The position numbers and the translations under genes were made by a program. A model generated the notes under the pieces. It saw only the letters and a list, made by a program, of their open reading frames with translations. It was not told where the DNA came from and made no database searches. Source: Tubulanus polymorphus (Eukaryota > Animalia > Nemertea). Taken from it: a stretch of DNA of 64,000 bases. Below, piece after piece: positions 37,296 through 49,260 of the stretch; position 1 is the stretch's first letter, and every line of letters begins with the position of its first letter. The stretch is taken from the NCBI RefSeq assembly GCF_964204645.1, contig NC_134030.1:16616110-16680109 (forward strand), read 5' to 3'.

Positions 37296-39499
37296 GTTCC
37301 TTGATCTTTTAATCGGCGAGGTGTTGTAGATATATCCTTGAATTCCTCTTTTTGAGGCTGTGTTCCTACAGTGATATTAAAGAAACCTTCTGTGAATAAT
37401 ATGAAATAACATAATTGATTTAGAGCTGTAAAGGCATAACTAGCCCTCTATATTGACAATTTCATTAACAGATATCAATTCCCAAATCATCTGTCATCTC
37501 TTTATGATAATAACCAGTTTTTGCTTATCCTCCACTGATCATTAATTGCTATTAAGAACTAATAGGGGGCTGGTCATTCAGTATAGAGGGGGTAATTGCC
37601 TATGCACATACGCTGCTAATAGCAAAGGAAGTCACAGCTAAAACCAAATTTCATTCATTAAAATCTTTTGTACAATAAACATCGGTCTACTGAGATCCTA
37701 GTCTGTTGTCTCTGAGTAAGGCAAGGTTTACTGTAATAACAAATATCAATCAAGAAATATCAAAATCTCTTTTCTCTTTTTTATTCTTTTCAGCAGCTCA
37801 TCTGATTTCTGGACAGCTGCCTGTGTTTTCAATATCTTCTTCTGAAATAATGAACACAAGTATTAAAAGATTTAAGCCATGATCACACGAGCATTTTGGG
37901 CTGATGCCAATTTAGGCCGGGAATGACAATTCACACAAGTGCCAAATGGTCTAATCCAGACAATACTTGCAGCCCATTTGTTCATTAATATACAAATAAT
38001 GACTTCTAATCCAGATTTCCCAGATGAATTTTGTTCGTCCCATATTATCCAAGTTCTGCTGTATCTGAAGATCTTCATCCAGCCTCTTTGATCCTCATCA
38101 TTGACAAAATTAGCAACGACGGGGCAATTGTAGACAGAAATTGCTCCACAGCGAGAAATTACTCATTGATCGCTTGGAGTTGCTGTGTGTGCGGTAAGCT
38201 GGAAACACCAAGCAACAAGTCAACTAGACAATGGGTGAGCGAACATTTATCATGTGATACTGCCAAAATTCGACAAATGTCGACGCAGTTAATGTGACAT
38301 CTTGACAAGTCATAAGATATAGATAATCGCCTCTCTGTCTCCAGTCAAAGCACACAGGAAGCGTCTAGCGATTGATTGCTCAAGAATCGCTTGTAGTAAC
38401 GATCATAGCAACCTGTGTATAATCGCCCCATGTGTGCCAGGCTTTAAACAGGCACAGCTGACTCTAATTCCATTGAATTTAAGCTAAATTACAAATAAAT
38501 GTCCTTTCACTATGGTTTTGAGTTCAACACTACTTGTACTTTATTTCTTATTGGAATACAATACACGCTGACAAATATTCAGATGATTTCCTTGCCCAAT
38601 CACATATTCTTATATACAATAATTCTATTGATAGATGCAGTAACCGCACCAGCGTATGGCCGTTTTGCTGGTATTCCTGGCTTATATAATACAATTGCTG
38701 GATTCAGAGGGAAATGGCAATCATCTTCAGTATCCGTCCCAGCGAGAAGACATCTGAATGAATGCTCTGGGGGGCACCATTTAAACCACGAAAAGGACTT
38801 GTTTCAGTTCCTGCCGATCGTATACGTCTAAATTTGATAACAAGTCATCATCGAGTATGATAGATCCTGATAATTTCCTGACCGGCCTTCTGCAACTAAT
38901 TAATTGTTTGTCGGATACTGCGGCCACGGAAATCCCGTAATTTTCCCAATCAATGAGAATGACGTCTCCGTCGATACCTGGATATTCTTAGCTCCCTCGC
39001 CTGCAATATAACATAGATAAATGGGTTTTAGTGTAGAACACATTCATTTATGTTTTCATTCTAGATGAGTAAACGACCGCAGTCGAAACGCTCTGCGGAC
39101 AAAACATTACGAGGTTTATCCCGAGTTTGTCAACAGTTAGCAGTTAAAAGTGACTTCGAATCGGGATAAACCTGGATTTGTTGTTATGTGTGCACAGGAC
39201 GCTTTCGTAGAATTAGCGTATTGTATCCAATGTATTCACTCCAGCGTATTCTGTTTCGCATATAAACCATGATATACCGGGTACTGTGAATATAACAAAA
39301 AGATGAATAATTTACTTGCAGCTGGGTTTCTAGTTCGTTTATTATTAGCCTCGAGGCACTCCTTTTCTTCTTTCCGAATAAAAATGAAATGATTGTTTTT
39401 AGTTCCATGTAGTTCAAATATATCAGATAACTAAGCCTACACATTCGGTTTAAATGCCTACAACCAATACTGATATTGTATGGTCACTAAGGAATGCTG

Positions 39500-39765
39500 C
39501 ATTTGTTCTGTAAACAAGTATAGTACAATTCTGTGACGCACCTTCAATCAAAAGCTCCTGTAGCGCGATTCTGGTGTGGTTTCCACCCAATATTTCGATA
39601 ACATTTTGATCCAACGGAGAGATAATGGGCCCTGTATCACGACCTACGAGGGACATAAAGTTTGATGCAGGGCGTGCCAGCATCTCAGATTTCGAACTGT
39701 CCACGTGTTTCTGATCCACGCATCGCACCTGGAGTGGCCAAGACGGTCACTGTTTTTGTATGTAC
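39500..39765 (-). pseudogene. ParB/Srx-like domain exon remnant
   Basis: LQVRCVDQKHVDSSKSEM..RP....LVG...IEILGGNHTRIALQEL. Confidence 0.55.
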
Positions 39766-41040
39766 CTACGGAAAGAAAATAGTTTTCGTTTCACACGTCT
39801 TTCACTCTTTCTTTTCATTTTTTGGATGTTTAAAAACTTGATATGAAAGTTTTACAAATTTGTCAGATTGAACTGTGACCCATGGGTAATTATGCACGAC
39901 TGATTCTTTTGGGATGACCACAGTCTCATTTTCTATATCACAAGGGTGACTACTAGCCTTATCTATTAAAGCCAGGATGATGCATAATGCATCGGAAATT
40001 AGACACTGATAACGATTATTTTAAAATCAGCTCACCTTGTCTCAAGCGTATAACCTGTTTTTGAAGCATATCTATCCAGGCAAGAAAGGGGATAAATTAA
40101 ATTGATATAAACGAATTATCTGTTCGAAGCGATTATGAAATGTAAGATGTAATCTGGTTGACTGATGAAGATCTGTTTTCAGTAGTTTCAATTTGTTGTA
40201 CAGGCATTTCTGTAAATTTACCACGAATGGAAATATCTTATTATATTTCTCTAAGTGTCACCATAACCTAATGTTGAATCTAATTCGATTCTAATTTGAT
40301 AATTAAATTTTTTTCATCTAATTTTGTATTACTTCAGAAATGAGGAAATTGAGGTAATATGTTTTCAGCAAATTATATGGCATGCTGTTTTTGACTGTGA
40401 ATTTCTTTATTTCCCGAAAGCAATTAAGTGAAAGTAACAACACATGAAGACCTACCGACATTTTAACAATTCCGATGGTTCAAGGGATTTTACTTCACCT
40501 ACAAGAGATGAGATTTGTAAATTGTTAAGTCTCAATAAATTCTGATAGCAACTCGAAGTGTCCGGAGTTGTTGTAACATTGAATTAAATACGTTCCTGTT
40601 TGATTGATGGATGATTAAGACTTTGTTTTGAAAAAAGGGAGATTATCAATATGATCTCGAAAAGTCGCTCGAAAATATAGAACAAAAAAAGAATGGAATT
40701 CGATAAAAATGTAACACTTTACACGATTCAGAACAACTCGGATATCTTATCACATCTCAATTTGACGTGACTCAAGCGGGACACATGTCTACCACCTCTT
40801 AAGGTCGGAACGTATAATCAACTTGAACGCAGAATCTACTGTATTCTAACAGTCATAAAATGTACTCAAACACTCGAATCACTTGAGAATAACAAACATA
40901 TCACCAGGGGAGGTGTATAAGAGACCTCACTTATTTCACAAAGGCAAAATTGGTGTTATTTTAACACTCTAATACAGCTCGGAATAATGATATCTTAAAC
41001 AATACATACCATTAGTTGAATCACGGAGGGTAGTGTTTAA

Positions 41041-43366
41041 AGGACTACTGTACAATTTTGTTTTTTCCCTTGAATCAATCCATTATGATGTAATAAATGA
41101 TAATCTAATGACCTTAGGTATATTTGTTTTCATTTCGAATACTTTTTAGAGGTTTTTTCTTGCTACGGCAAACCAAAATATACGTAGTCGCGATGCTCAG
41201 CAATCTCGGGTAATCCCCTGTGGTGACGTCAGCGCGAGATGTTGAGAACCCGGAAGTATTATCAGCCTCGTTCAGATAGCGATAACAACAGGAGATAAAG
41301 TGATGATAAAAAGATTTTAAAACGATTTTTAACTATGCCACGGCGTTGTGTGTACTACAATTGTAGTACACAAGATTCCTTGTTATTCAAATGGCCGCGT
41401 GATCCAAATATTGCTAGAGTATGGACTGCTTTTGTGAGTACAAAGCGAGCACAATGGAAGCCTTCGTCATCAAGTGTGCTCTGTAGAAAACATTTCACAA
41501 CGGAGGCCTTCGACAATTACATGGAGTACAATGCTGGTTTTGCTAATAGGTTCGTATATTAAAAACATCAATCCCATAAAATAAACTGATACCTTGATTC
41601 TACAGCTTTTGAAACAAATCATATTCAATTCATTTTTGAGTGACCTGGGCCTAAGATTGTCATGTATAATCAGGCGACTTGTAATTAGTTTGGAAACAAC
41701 TGACTATTATGATGCATTTTTCACTTCAATCTTCGACTAAAGAAAGATTCTGTACCAACTTTGCATCTCAATGATTCTGTTGTGTCGAATTCTGTTGACT
41801 CGCCTCAGAAAGCAGATTTTTTGAGTCCGAAGATGCAGATAGGACGTTCAGCTTTTGAAAAAAGACTGAGGCTAGCGATGGTCAATGATGCGACTCAGCC
41901 AAGTGTAGCTGAACCAGAGCCTCAAAGTATTGACTTTGAAATTGATGGTGATGGCGATCTCGATAAGATGCGGGAAACTGTAGCTGTTCAAACTGAACCT
42001 TACACATCTAGTTAAGGTAATTACATCCATTCGAAATCATGAATAAGATAGTTGCCTACCTACTTTTAATTTCATATTTCATTTGTTGATTATAGAAATT
42101 GAATTAGATTTGATCAGTATTATTTAAAAATATACTTTTAATTTCATATTTCATTTGTTGATTATAGATATTGAATTTAATTTAATCATTATTATTTCAA
42201 AATATTTTTTCAGCGATCCAAACTCTCAAATGGAGACCTAAGTATTTTTGTCAACGTCGACATTTCCCAAAATATCCAAAACCGAAAGTCAAAAGCTACC
42301 AAATCAGACGCACCTCACGTGGGGTTCAATGTTCCCTTCTATCCCCCAAAACAAGACCTAAGAAGCGATACAGAAAGGCTAGTCAGAGCAGTGTCTCATC
42401 AAACAAGACGGATTCTGATGAAGAATATCGTCCAGAGTGCGACACAGAGACTGAATCGGATGATGAATTTCAAGAAGAAAGTGTGAAATTTGTAGAAATG
42501 AAGTAAGATGATCATTACATGTAGCCTACCCTCAAGTTAGATATCATGACATAGAAATTTGTATTTGATTTTGTCGAGAGATCAATGCTAAGATCTGTGA
42601 AATTATAGAAGTATTTTTACTTGCAGGAATGAAGATGACGTTGATTTTCAGGATCAGACCAAGTTTATTGTTTATCAGTCTGCTCTGCTGATACTATTTC
42701 AATTCTGCAGTATCTGCAAGGGTGAAAATCTTGTCTTGAAGAGTGTGTCTTCTACTTGTCTGACAGTTAGAACCCAGTGTAAGCTGTGTAACCACAGGAC
42801 CACATGGAAAAGTGAGCCATTTATCGAGAGTATTCCCGTTACCAGTATATTATTGAGTGTTGGAATACTACTGACAGGAAGCCTAACAGCAAAGGTGATC
42901 AGGTTGTTTAAGTAAGTTGAAGCCAATGCTTGTCATCAAATTGTGCCTTAATTTTCATCGACTTTTAAAAAATACATTTAAATATATTATTTCAAACATT
43001 CATTTTCAATCCAGCTTCATAAAAATTCAGTGCCTTTCAACGCGAACAGTGTATAACCATCATTCGAAATACATCCATGCCGCTATACGACAAGTTTTGG
43101 AAAGGAAACGCGAGTCGACTCAAATCCACTCATCTCCACTGTTGATAGGAGGAGATGGATGCTGTGACTCTCCTGGCCACTCGGCAAAGTACTGTTCATA
43201 CTCGATAATGAATCTGGAGACCAATAAAATAATAACTTCTGAGGCTTAAAAAGATGCGCAGAAAAACTGAAGAAATTCAAAATCACAGCTCTCGTAACTG
43301 ATATGCATTTGTCCGTTAGAAAATGGGCACGCGACACTTGGATAATTCCACATTACTATGATACTT
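41041..43366 (+). mobile_element. Kolobok DNA transposon copy 2 (THAP + DDE transposase pseudogene), truncated by L2
   Basis: TTAA|AGGA, 294 bp before ATG 41335. Intact THAP exon 1, DSVPTL, GGDGCCDSPGHSAKYCSYSIM, VTDMH, HYYDTWH. Homologous to copy 1. Confidence 0.87.
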
Positions 43367-43840
43367 GGCATTGTGTCATTCTCAAGCCATTCTCAAGAGT
43401 GGCTATTACCATCTGCGTAACATAGCGTCAGTGTGGAATCAACTAACTCAATCGGCAGCCAAATCGCTTATTCATGCCCTGGTCATATCTCGGCTGGATT
43501 ATTGTAATAGTCTCCTTGCTGGTGTTAGTAGTTCAAATGTCAACAAACTTCAGCGCTTACAGTACTCCTGTGCTCGTTTGATATGCAGAACACCTCGCTC
43601 CGACCATATCACGCCAATCCTTGTGCAACTACATTGCTCCCTGTTTCAGCTAGGATCGACTTCAAAGTTCTGTTGCTTACCTACAAATCACTCACCCACC
43701 AAGCTCCTGACTATCTCTGTGAACTATTAACCACCTACAAACCGTCCAGAAACCTCCGTTCGGCTCAGCAGCATCGACTTCTCGTACGTCGTAATAACTT
43801 TTCAACATTTGGATCCATAGCGTTCTCTGTTCACACTCCG
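43367..43840 (+). mobile_element. L2-clade LINE ORF2 C-terminal fragment
   Basis: LIHALVISRLDYCNSLL, HITPIL..LH, RIDFKVLLLTYKSL, APDYL, PSRNLRS. Confidence 0.9.
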
Positions 43841-43849
43841 TTCACAAAA

Positions 43850-46300
43850 ATTTATTAAAACTGAAGGATCAACTGTTATATCTTCTACTAATTCAATGTT
43901 TACAGTATATAATAAATTTATATTTAGATTTAAATTACGTGAAACCGGAATTAGTTTTACAACTTTAAAAAAGAGGTACAATATAAAATCTAAACCTTTT
44001 TATAAATTAGATGCACTTGATATTGAAGAAGATTTTGATTTAAAATTATTATCTAAAAGTGAATTTAAAAGATTAGAAGAAATGATAGAACTTAAACAAT
44101 TACAAGAAGATATAGATGAAAATAGAAATAAAATATGTAATGAATTAAAGTAACAATTAGATATCGATAATGAATTATTTGAGACAGAATTTAAAAAACT
44201 TGAAATAATTCCTGAAGTTAAATTAAATGATTATACTCCTAAAATATCCGGGGTTGAAAATAATACAATTTTTGAAATTAGAGTTTTTTCAACTCAATGT
44301 AAATGTATAACAGAACTTTATTTCAGTTATATTTTAACAGATCAAGTCTTTTATGAAACTACTACTGATTTAATAGAATTATTGATAAAAACATTACAAT
44401 TAAACGTATTAAATAATATTTATTTTGAATTGTCTTCGATAGAAAACATTATCAAAAAGTTAAAAATAGGAGTTCATAGCCCTGATAGACACTTTATTTT
44501 ATCAAAATTAGAAAAACCTATTTTCCAAGTAAAGAAGATAACCCACAATCATTTTGAAATAATTGATAAAATGGATTTTGAATTGATGAAAAAAATACTG
44601 AATATTTGAAGATAAATTCTTATGATTTCATTAATGTATGTGATATACATAAATAATCTGATTATTCAAGAAAAATGAAACTTAACAATATGAAAATTAA
44701 GCAATGCAAGCGTTTAGAACTATTGAAAGATAATTCTGAATATACTATTGATTTCATTAATCTTAGATATTTTAGAAATCAATTACACCATTAATTTTAA
44801 TTCATAATTATGAAAATATTTACATATCAAATGAATTTTTCGATAAAGAAATGATTAAGTATAATATAACAGAATATCAGGTGATAAAATTGATTACACA
44901 CAAGCAAAAATATAATTCTCAGCGGCATAAAAAATTAGTAGTAAGTCTAATTGTTATTTGATTTGAAACATATAAATATTTTATAAACTGTTTAATTTTT
45001 CTCTTAAATAAATGGATGGTTCTATTCCAACTGGGAAAAGTGATTTGAAACATTATCTTGTAGCAGGAGGGTTAATATTAGCTGCATTATACTTGTACTA
45101 TGAGAATATTTCAAAAGATTTGATAAATGAAAATAATAAATTGAGTAAAAAGTTAAAGAAGTTAAATGGAAACAATCACAGAAATAAAAAGAATAAAAAA
45201 GTTAATGATTTAAATGATATTGAGGATTAAAACAAGATCATTTAATTTAATTTATTCTATATATTTTAACTATAAAAATGAGTGAAAGTAAGGTAGTAAA
45301 TTTATTACATCTAATATATAAAAATTAACAGAATATCAAATCAATTATTATGATTTCAGGTTAATTTTCTTTTTCAATTTATAGTATAAAACAGTTGTTA
45401 GAATTTTATGATTCTTGTTAAATTAGATATTCAGAATTGAAAGAAAATATAAATTATCTATCAGATCGAATAAATAATATTAAGTGTTGTGAAATATGTA
45501 ATAAAAGATATAGAAATTAGAAATCATTAAGGAATCACACGTATATTCATGAGCTAAATGATAAACTGTATAATTCAAATTAAGCAATAGACTGTTAAAT
45601 TGGCTGAAATATATATAAATAGATTATATTAGAACTATTTCTATATTTAGATTAATAATTTATATTTATAATTTTTATAAAAACTAATTTATATATCTAT
45701 GTACTAGACATACGAGTAAGAAAGTAAGATTCTTGCCAAGAAAGTAAGAATTCGTGGATTCTTACTCGTACCTGTCTTACTTAGTTTTATAAAAATGAAT
45801 AAATTATATGTTTTCACTTAATAAAAATAAAAAATAGATTATATTTTAACTATTTCTATACTAAGATTGATAATTTATTCATTTTTATATAATCTAAACT
45901 AATTTATATATCTAAGTACTAGAGGTACGAGTAAGAAAGTTAGATTTCTTGGATTCTTACTCGTACGTCTAGTAAATAAATATCATAAATAGTTTTATCA
46001 TATATATATTTCTGTTTCAATATTTATTTACCTCACAGATTTATTATAAATATTTGGAAAAGTATAAATCATATTCAATTATATATTTACATTTATCATT
46101 ATTGAAAGAGTATTACAATGAATCCATTAGATTGTTAAACTGTTTAAGTATTAAATTGCGTAGATTGTATATTCATAAACTAAATGATAAATCACGAATA
46201 AGACTGTTAAATTAGCTGAAATGTATGAAATATTGTATGAAATATTAGTTAATCAAAAAGGGGGTTTGGTATCAATGTATTTGATACGTATTAAATACGT
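43850..46300 (+). mobile_element. Very AT-rich Polinton/Maverick-like segment with unknown ORFs
   Basis: Intronless ORF 43896-44609 with one internal stop, small TM ORF 45012-45230, C2H2 remnant near 45485-45550, and palindromic modules shared with the Polinton at 61412-61492. Confidence 0.6.
45012..45230 (+). CDS. Small predicted membrane protein with basic coiled-coil tail
   Basis: YLVAGGLILAALYLYY hydrophobic helix and a TAAATG start context. Confidence 0.5.
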   Translation: MDGSIPTGKSDLKHYLVAGGLILAALYLYYENISKDLINENNKLSKKLKKLNGNNHRNKKNKKVNDLNDIED

Positions 46301-46769
46301 ATTATGCTTTATTTCTGAAATTAAAGCTTAAAACGTTTTAAATGTGTCACCATGTCTTCGCATGACCATTCGACAATTAAAATGTGGGCCTGTTGATGCA
46401 TATCTGTGTTCACGCGGTAAAAACACCTATCTGCTCCGTGGGAAGAGTTAACTAGAAGAGTTCTACTAATTAGTATTTGCGTTCAATCCATTACTACACG
46501 TAATTGATACATAAATGGTTAACGGTTAACGCGTTATTGCTGACAAAGCAATCGACTCGCGTCGTGCACTAAGTATTGACTATATCATAATCAGTTTTGC
46601 GCTGAATTCAGCTTAAAATGTATTAGGTAATCTTTAGTTGTTCAAACAAACATATTGTTAGTTTCATACAGGCAGAGTCATGATAAGGTTATAACATTTC
46701 ATCATTTGGATTATTTCCTGTGGAATAATGTAATGATAAGGTTAGAACGTAGAAATAAAAAGGCTCTGT

Positions 46770-47485
46770 ACCTTTATAATTACAGAATGCTTGGACATTA
46801 ATGGAATGATAACCCTTTAGGTTGATATAATCAGCTTCATGTTCATGGGGGTCTTTGTATACGAATGTGAGTGCAGTCTATACAACCTATGACTGCTGGG
46901 AAATACGCAAGAGCATGAAAGCCTTGGTTTACTTCTAGATGTTCAGCATCGGTAGTGGGCCATCTGATAAATACAGGGACAAGCTCGTCCAGTGCTTCTG
47001 TAACGTTAGTTATAATTCTTGAAACGGAGGCTTTTGATACACCAAATCTGTCGCCAATTACAGATAAAATCGATCCAGTCGCATAGAATCGCAAAGCGAT
47101 CATAACCTGCCAAATAGGCAATATTGGCATTCCTCTTTCCGTTAGCTTCCCAAGTCTTCTAGCTATAAGTTGCGTTATTACCAAAATAGTCTCTGGCGTC
47201 AAACGGAATCGTTTAAGGATTTCATTTGCCTCATAAACATCCAAAGAATGGTCCAAGCAGTGATATTCTTTGATTTTTCATTGACGAATCAACATTTCAT
47301 TGGCCATTTTGTTAATTTTGAAGCTTAGGAATATAATTTGCCGCTAGGAATAAGTAACTTATTGCCGGGGAATAAAAACATCCACGTCTATGAAACAGAA
47401 ATATCCCTAGTACTAAATTTGATCCGTGGGATAAGTGATTTCATATCAGGGAATAACCTTATTCTATGTCTATGAAACCTGCTCC
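46770..47485 (-). mobile_element. Second Harbinger element: 5' end and transposase N-terminus
   Basis: RFRLT, ALRFYATGS, FGVSKASVSRII, GCIDCTHI, KGYHSINVQA. Candidate terminus GAGCAGGTTTCATAGAC. Confidence 0.85.
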
Positions 47486-47489
47486 AGTT

Positions 47490-48780
47490 CATCAACGGAC
47501 TCCTGAGTTAAAGTTATTTATTGCGACCATGACAACCTTTTTTCTATGCTTGAATACATACCACTGGTTTTCAATCTCCCAATTGGCCCTAGCGCCAATG
47601 TGGCACTTACCAGCAGGCCTGCCACCCAAGCCAAAGCTTTAACAGTTACCTTACCATCTGTGATATAATCTGACAACACTGTATTTACTATCCTTAGTGT
47701 TCTACTCACCCTTTCATCTGTGACATAGAGTTTTCTCTGAGTCATATTGATTCTGAATCTTAACCTTAACCACACCTGTTTGACTCAAGGCTCCCAAAAG
47801 CATTTTCCTCGCTAATGAAACCGCAAGCAACCAAATCCTCATGTACTCTGTGACTTAATTTTTTACCTTGTGTTTCATTAACGCCACCCCTATATCATCA
47901 TCTAGATAAAGAACCACTCTCCAACCCTCTGCCCTCCAGTAACGTACTAATACCTTAACCAATCTTGTAAAAATATATAGACCTATAGCACAGCCAAAAG
48001 CCAAAACATTGAACTGTCAGTATGTCTTCTTGCCTACTAATTCCCAGGCAAAACCAAATTAGGTCTATGTATTATCAGCTACTTCTACATGATGATACGC
48101 AGACTTCAAATCAAATCTGAATATATGGGTGGACTCGCCAACTACTTCTATTGCCACCTTTAAATCTTACATTTTAAACCGCAAATTGCACAAATGTTCA
48201 TTTCCATGCCTCATGTCTAAAATCAACCTCCTTTTCCCCACTTTATTGACCGATACAGTCAAGGGATTGACCACAACTGGCATTGACGTGACCCGAGTTA
48301 CTACCTTTATTTTCTCGAACTTCAATAATTCAGACGACACAAAATCGGCATTGTCTAGAAGCGCTGACTAATTGTTTTTAAATGTTTTCCCTACCAGCCT
48401 AGACTCAAACGGTGATGTTAGCCCATTACTTATCAAATCAAAAATCCATTCCGATGCCCCCATTTTCATCCACATTTTTTGATGACTTTTTAATCTACCT
48501 ACTGGCGACACTAGGGATTCTATATTTTCACACACAGGTGTACTTCTATTTATGGTACCTCCCGGCAAGCCTTGGCTTGACTGCTACCCCAATTATCAAT
48601 ATCAGATCGATAAAATGTACTTATCGGTGTCTGAATATTACTTCCAATCACAGCAGATCATTGCTGCATACATCTTCTAAGGGCATTGCCGTCTCCAATG
48701 GCCCATCATCCCCATCAAATAATGGCCGATCTTGTGGTATTTGGATTGTCCCTATACTGGTGAGCCACTGATGGAGTTGA
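47490..48780 (-). mobile_element. DIRS/Ngaro-type retrotransposon fragment (gag knuckle + RT)
   Basis: GHWRRQCP, GRLKSH...W, VVNPLTV, RLILDMR, FDLKSAYHHV, LAFG, YLDD at 47897-47908. Confidence 0.82.
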
Positions 48781-48884
48781 CAATCTCTGTTGACTCGGTT
48801 GACTGTTCAGTGTTGTTCTACCCAGGAAGCGTATTTTCTGCTGTTGATTAGCTACTGCTATTTTCTCCTATATTTTTGGCCGCT

Positions 48885-49260
48885 CGGTTTGGGTCAGAAA
48901 ACTAAAAATTGTATGAAACTGAATATTTCAATACCATCTAAGCACCTTATCAGCAATGTTGTGTCAAAATTTCATAGAAATTGAACACAAATTGAATATA
49001 TTGAAAATACAGATTTTATGTTCAAATCCGTTATTACTAAAGGAATTTTTATGAAAAAAACATCCATGGAATCAGTGAAATATAACTAAGAACAAGAATA
49101 TGGTCAAAATGATTTCAAAGATATATGAAAAAAGTTTTTTTGAATCGTCATTATGGTACTGTGTGAAACTGGTGTGAGCCAGATGTGTTCCTGTAAACAT
49201 TATACACAAACTATCGCGATGGTAGGATGTGGCCTGCGCTATTTCTCAAGTGGGTGTTTG
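48885..49260 (+). mobile_element. Kolobok-related non-coding end fragment
   Basis: CAATGTTGTGTC.AATTTCAT.GAAAT and ACTGTGTG...TGTGAGCCA are shared with 6790-7035. Confidence 0.45.
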
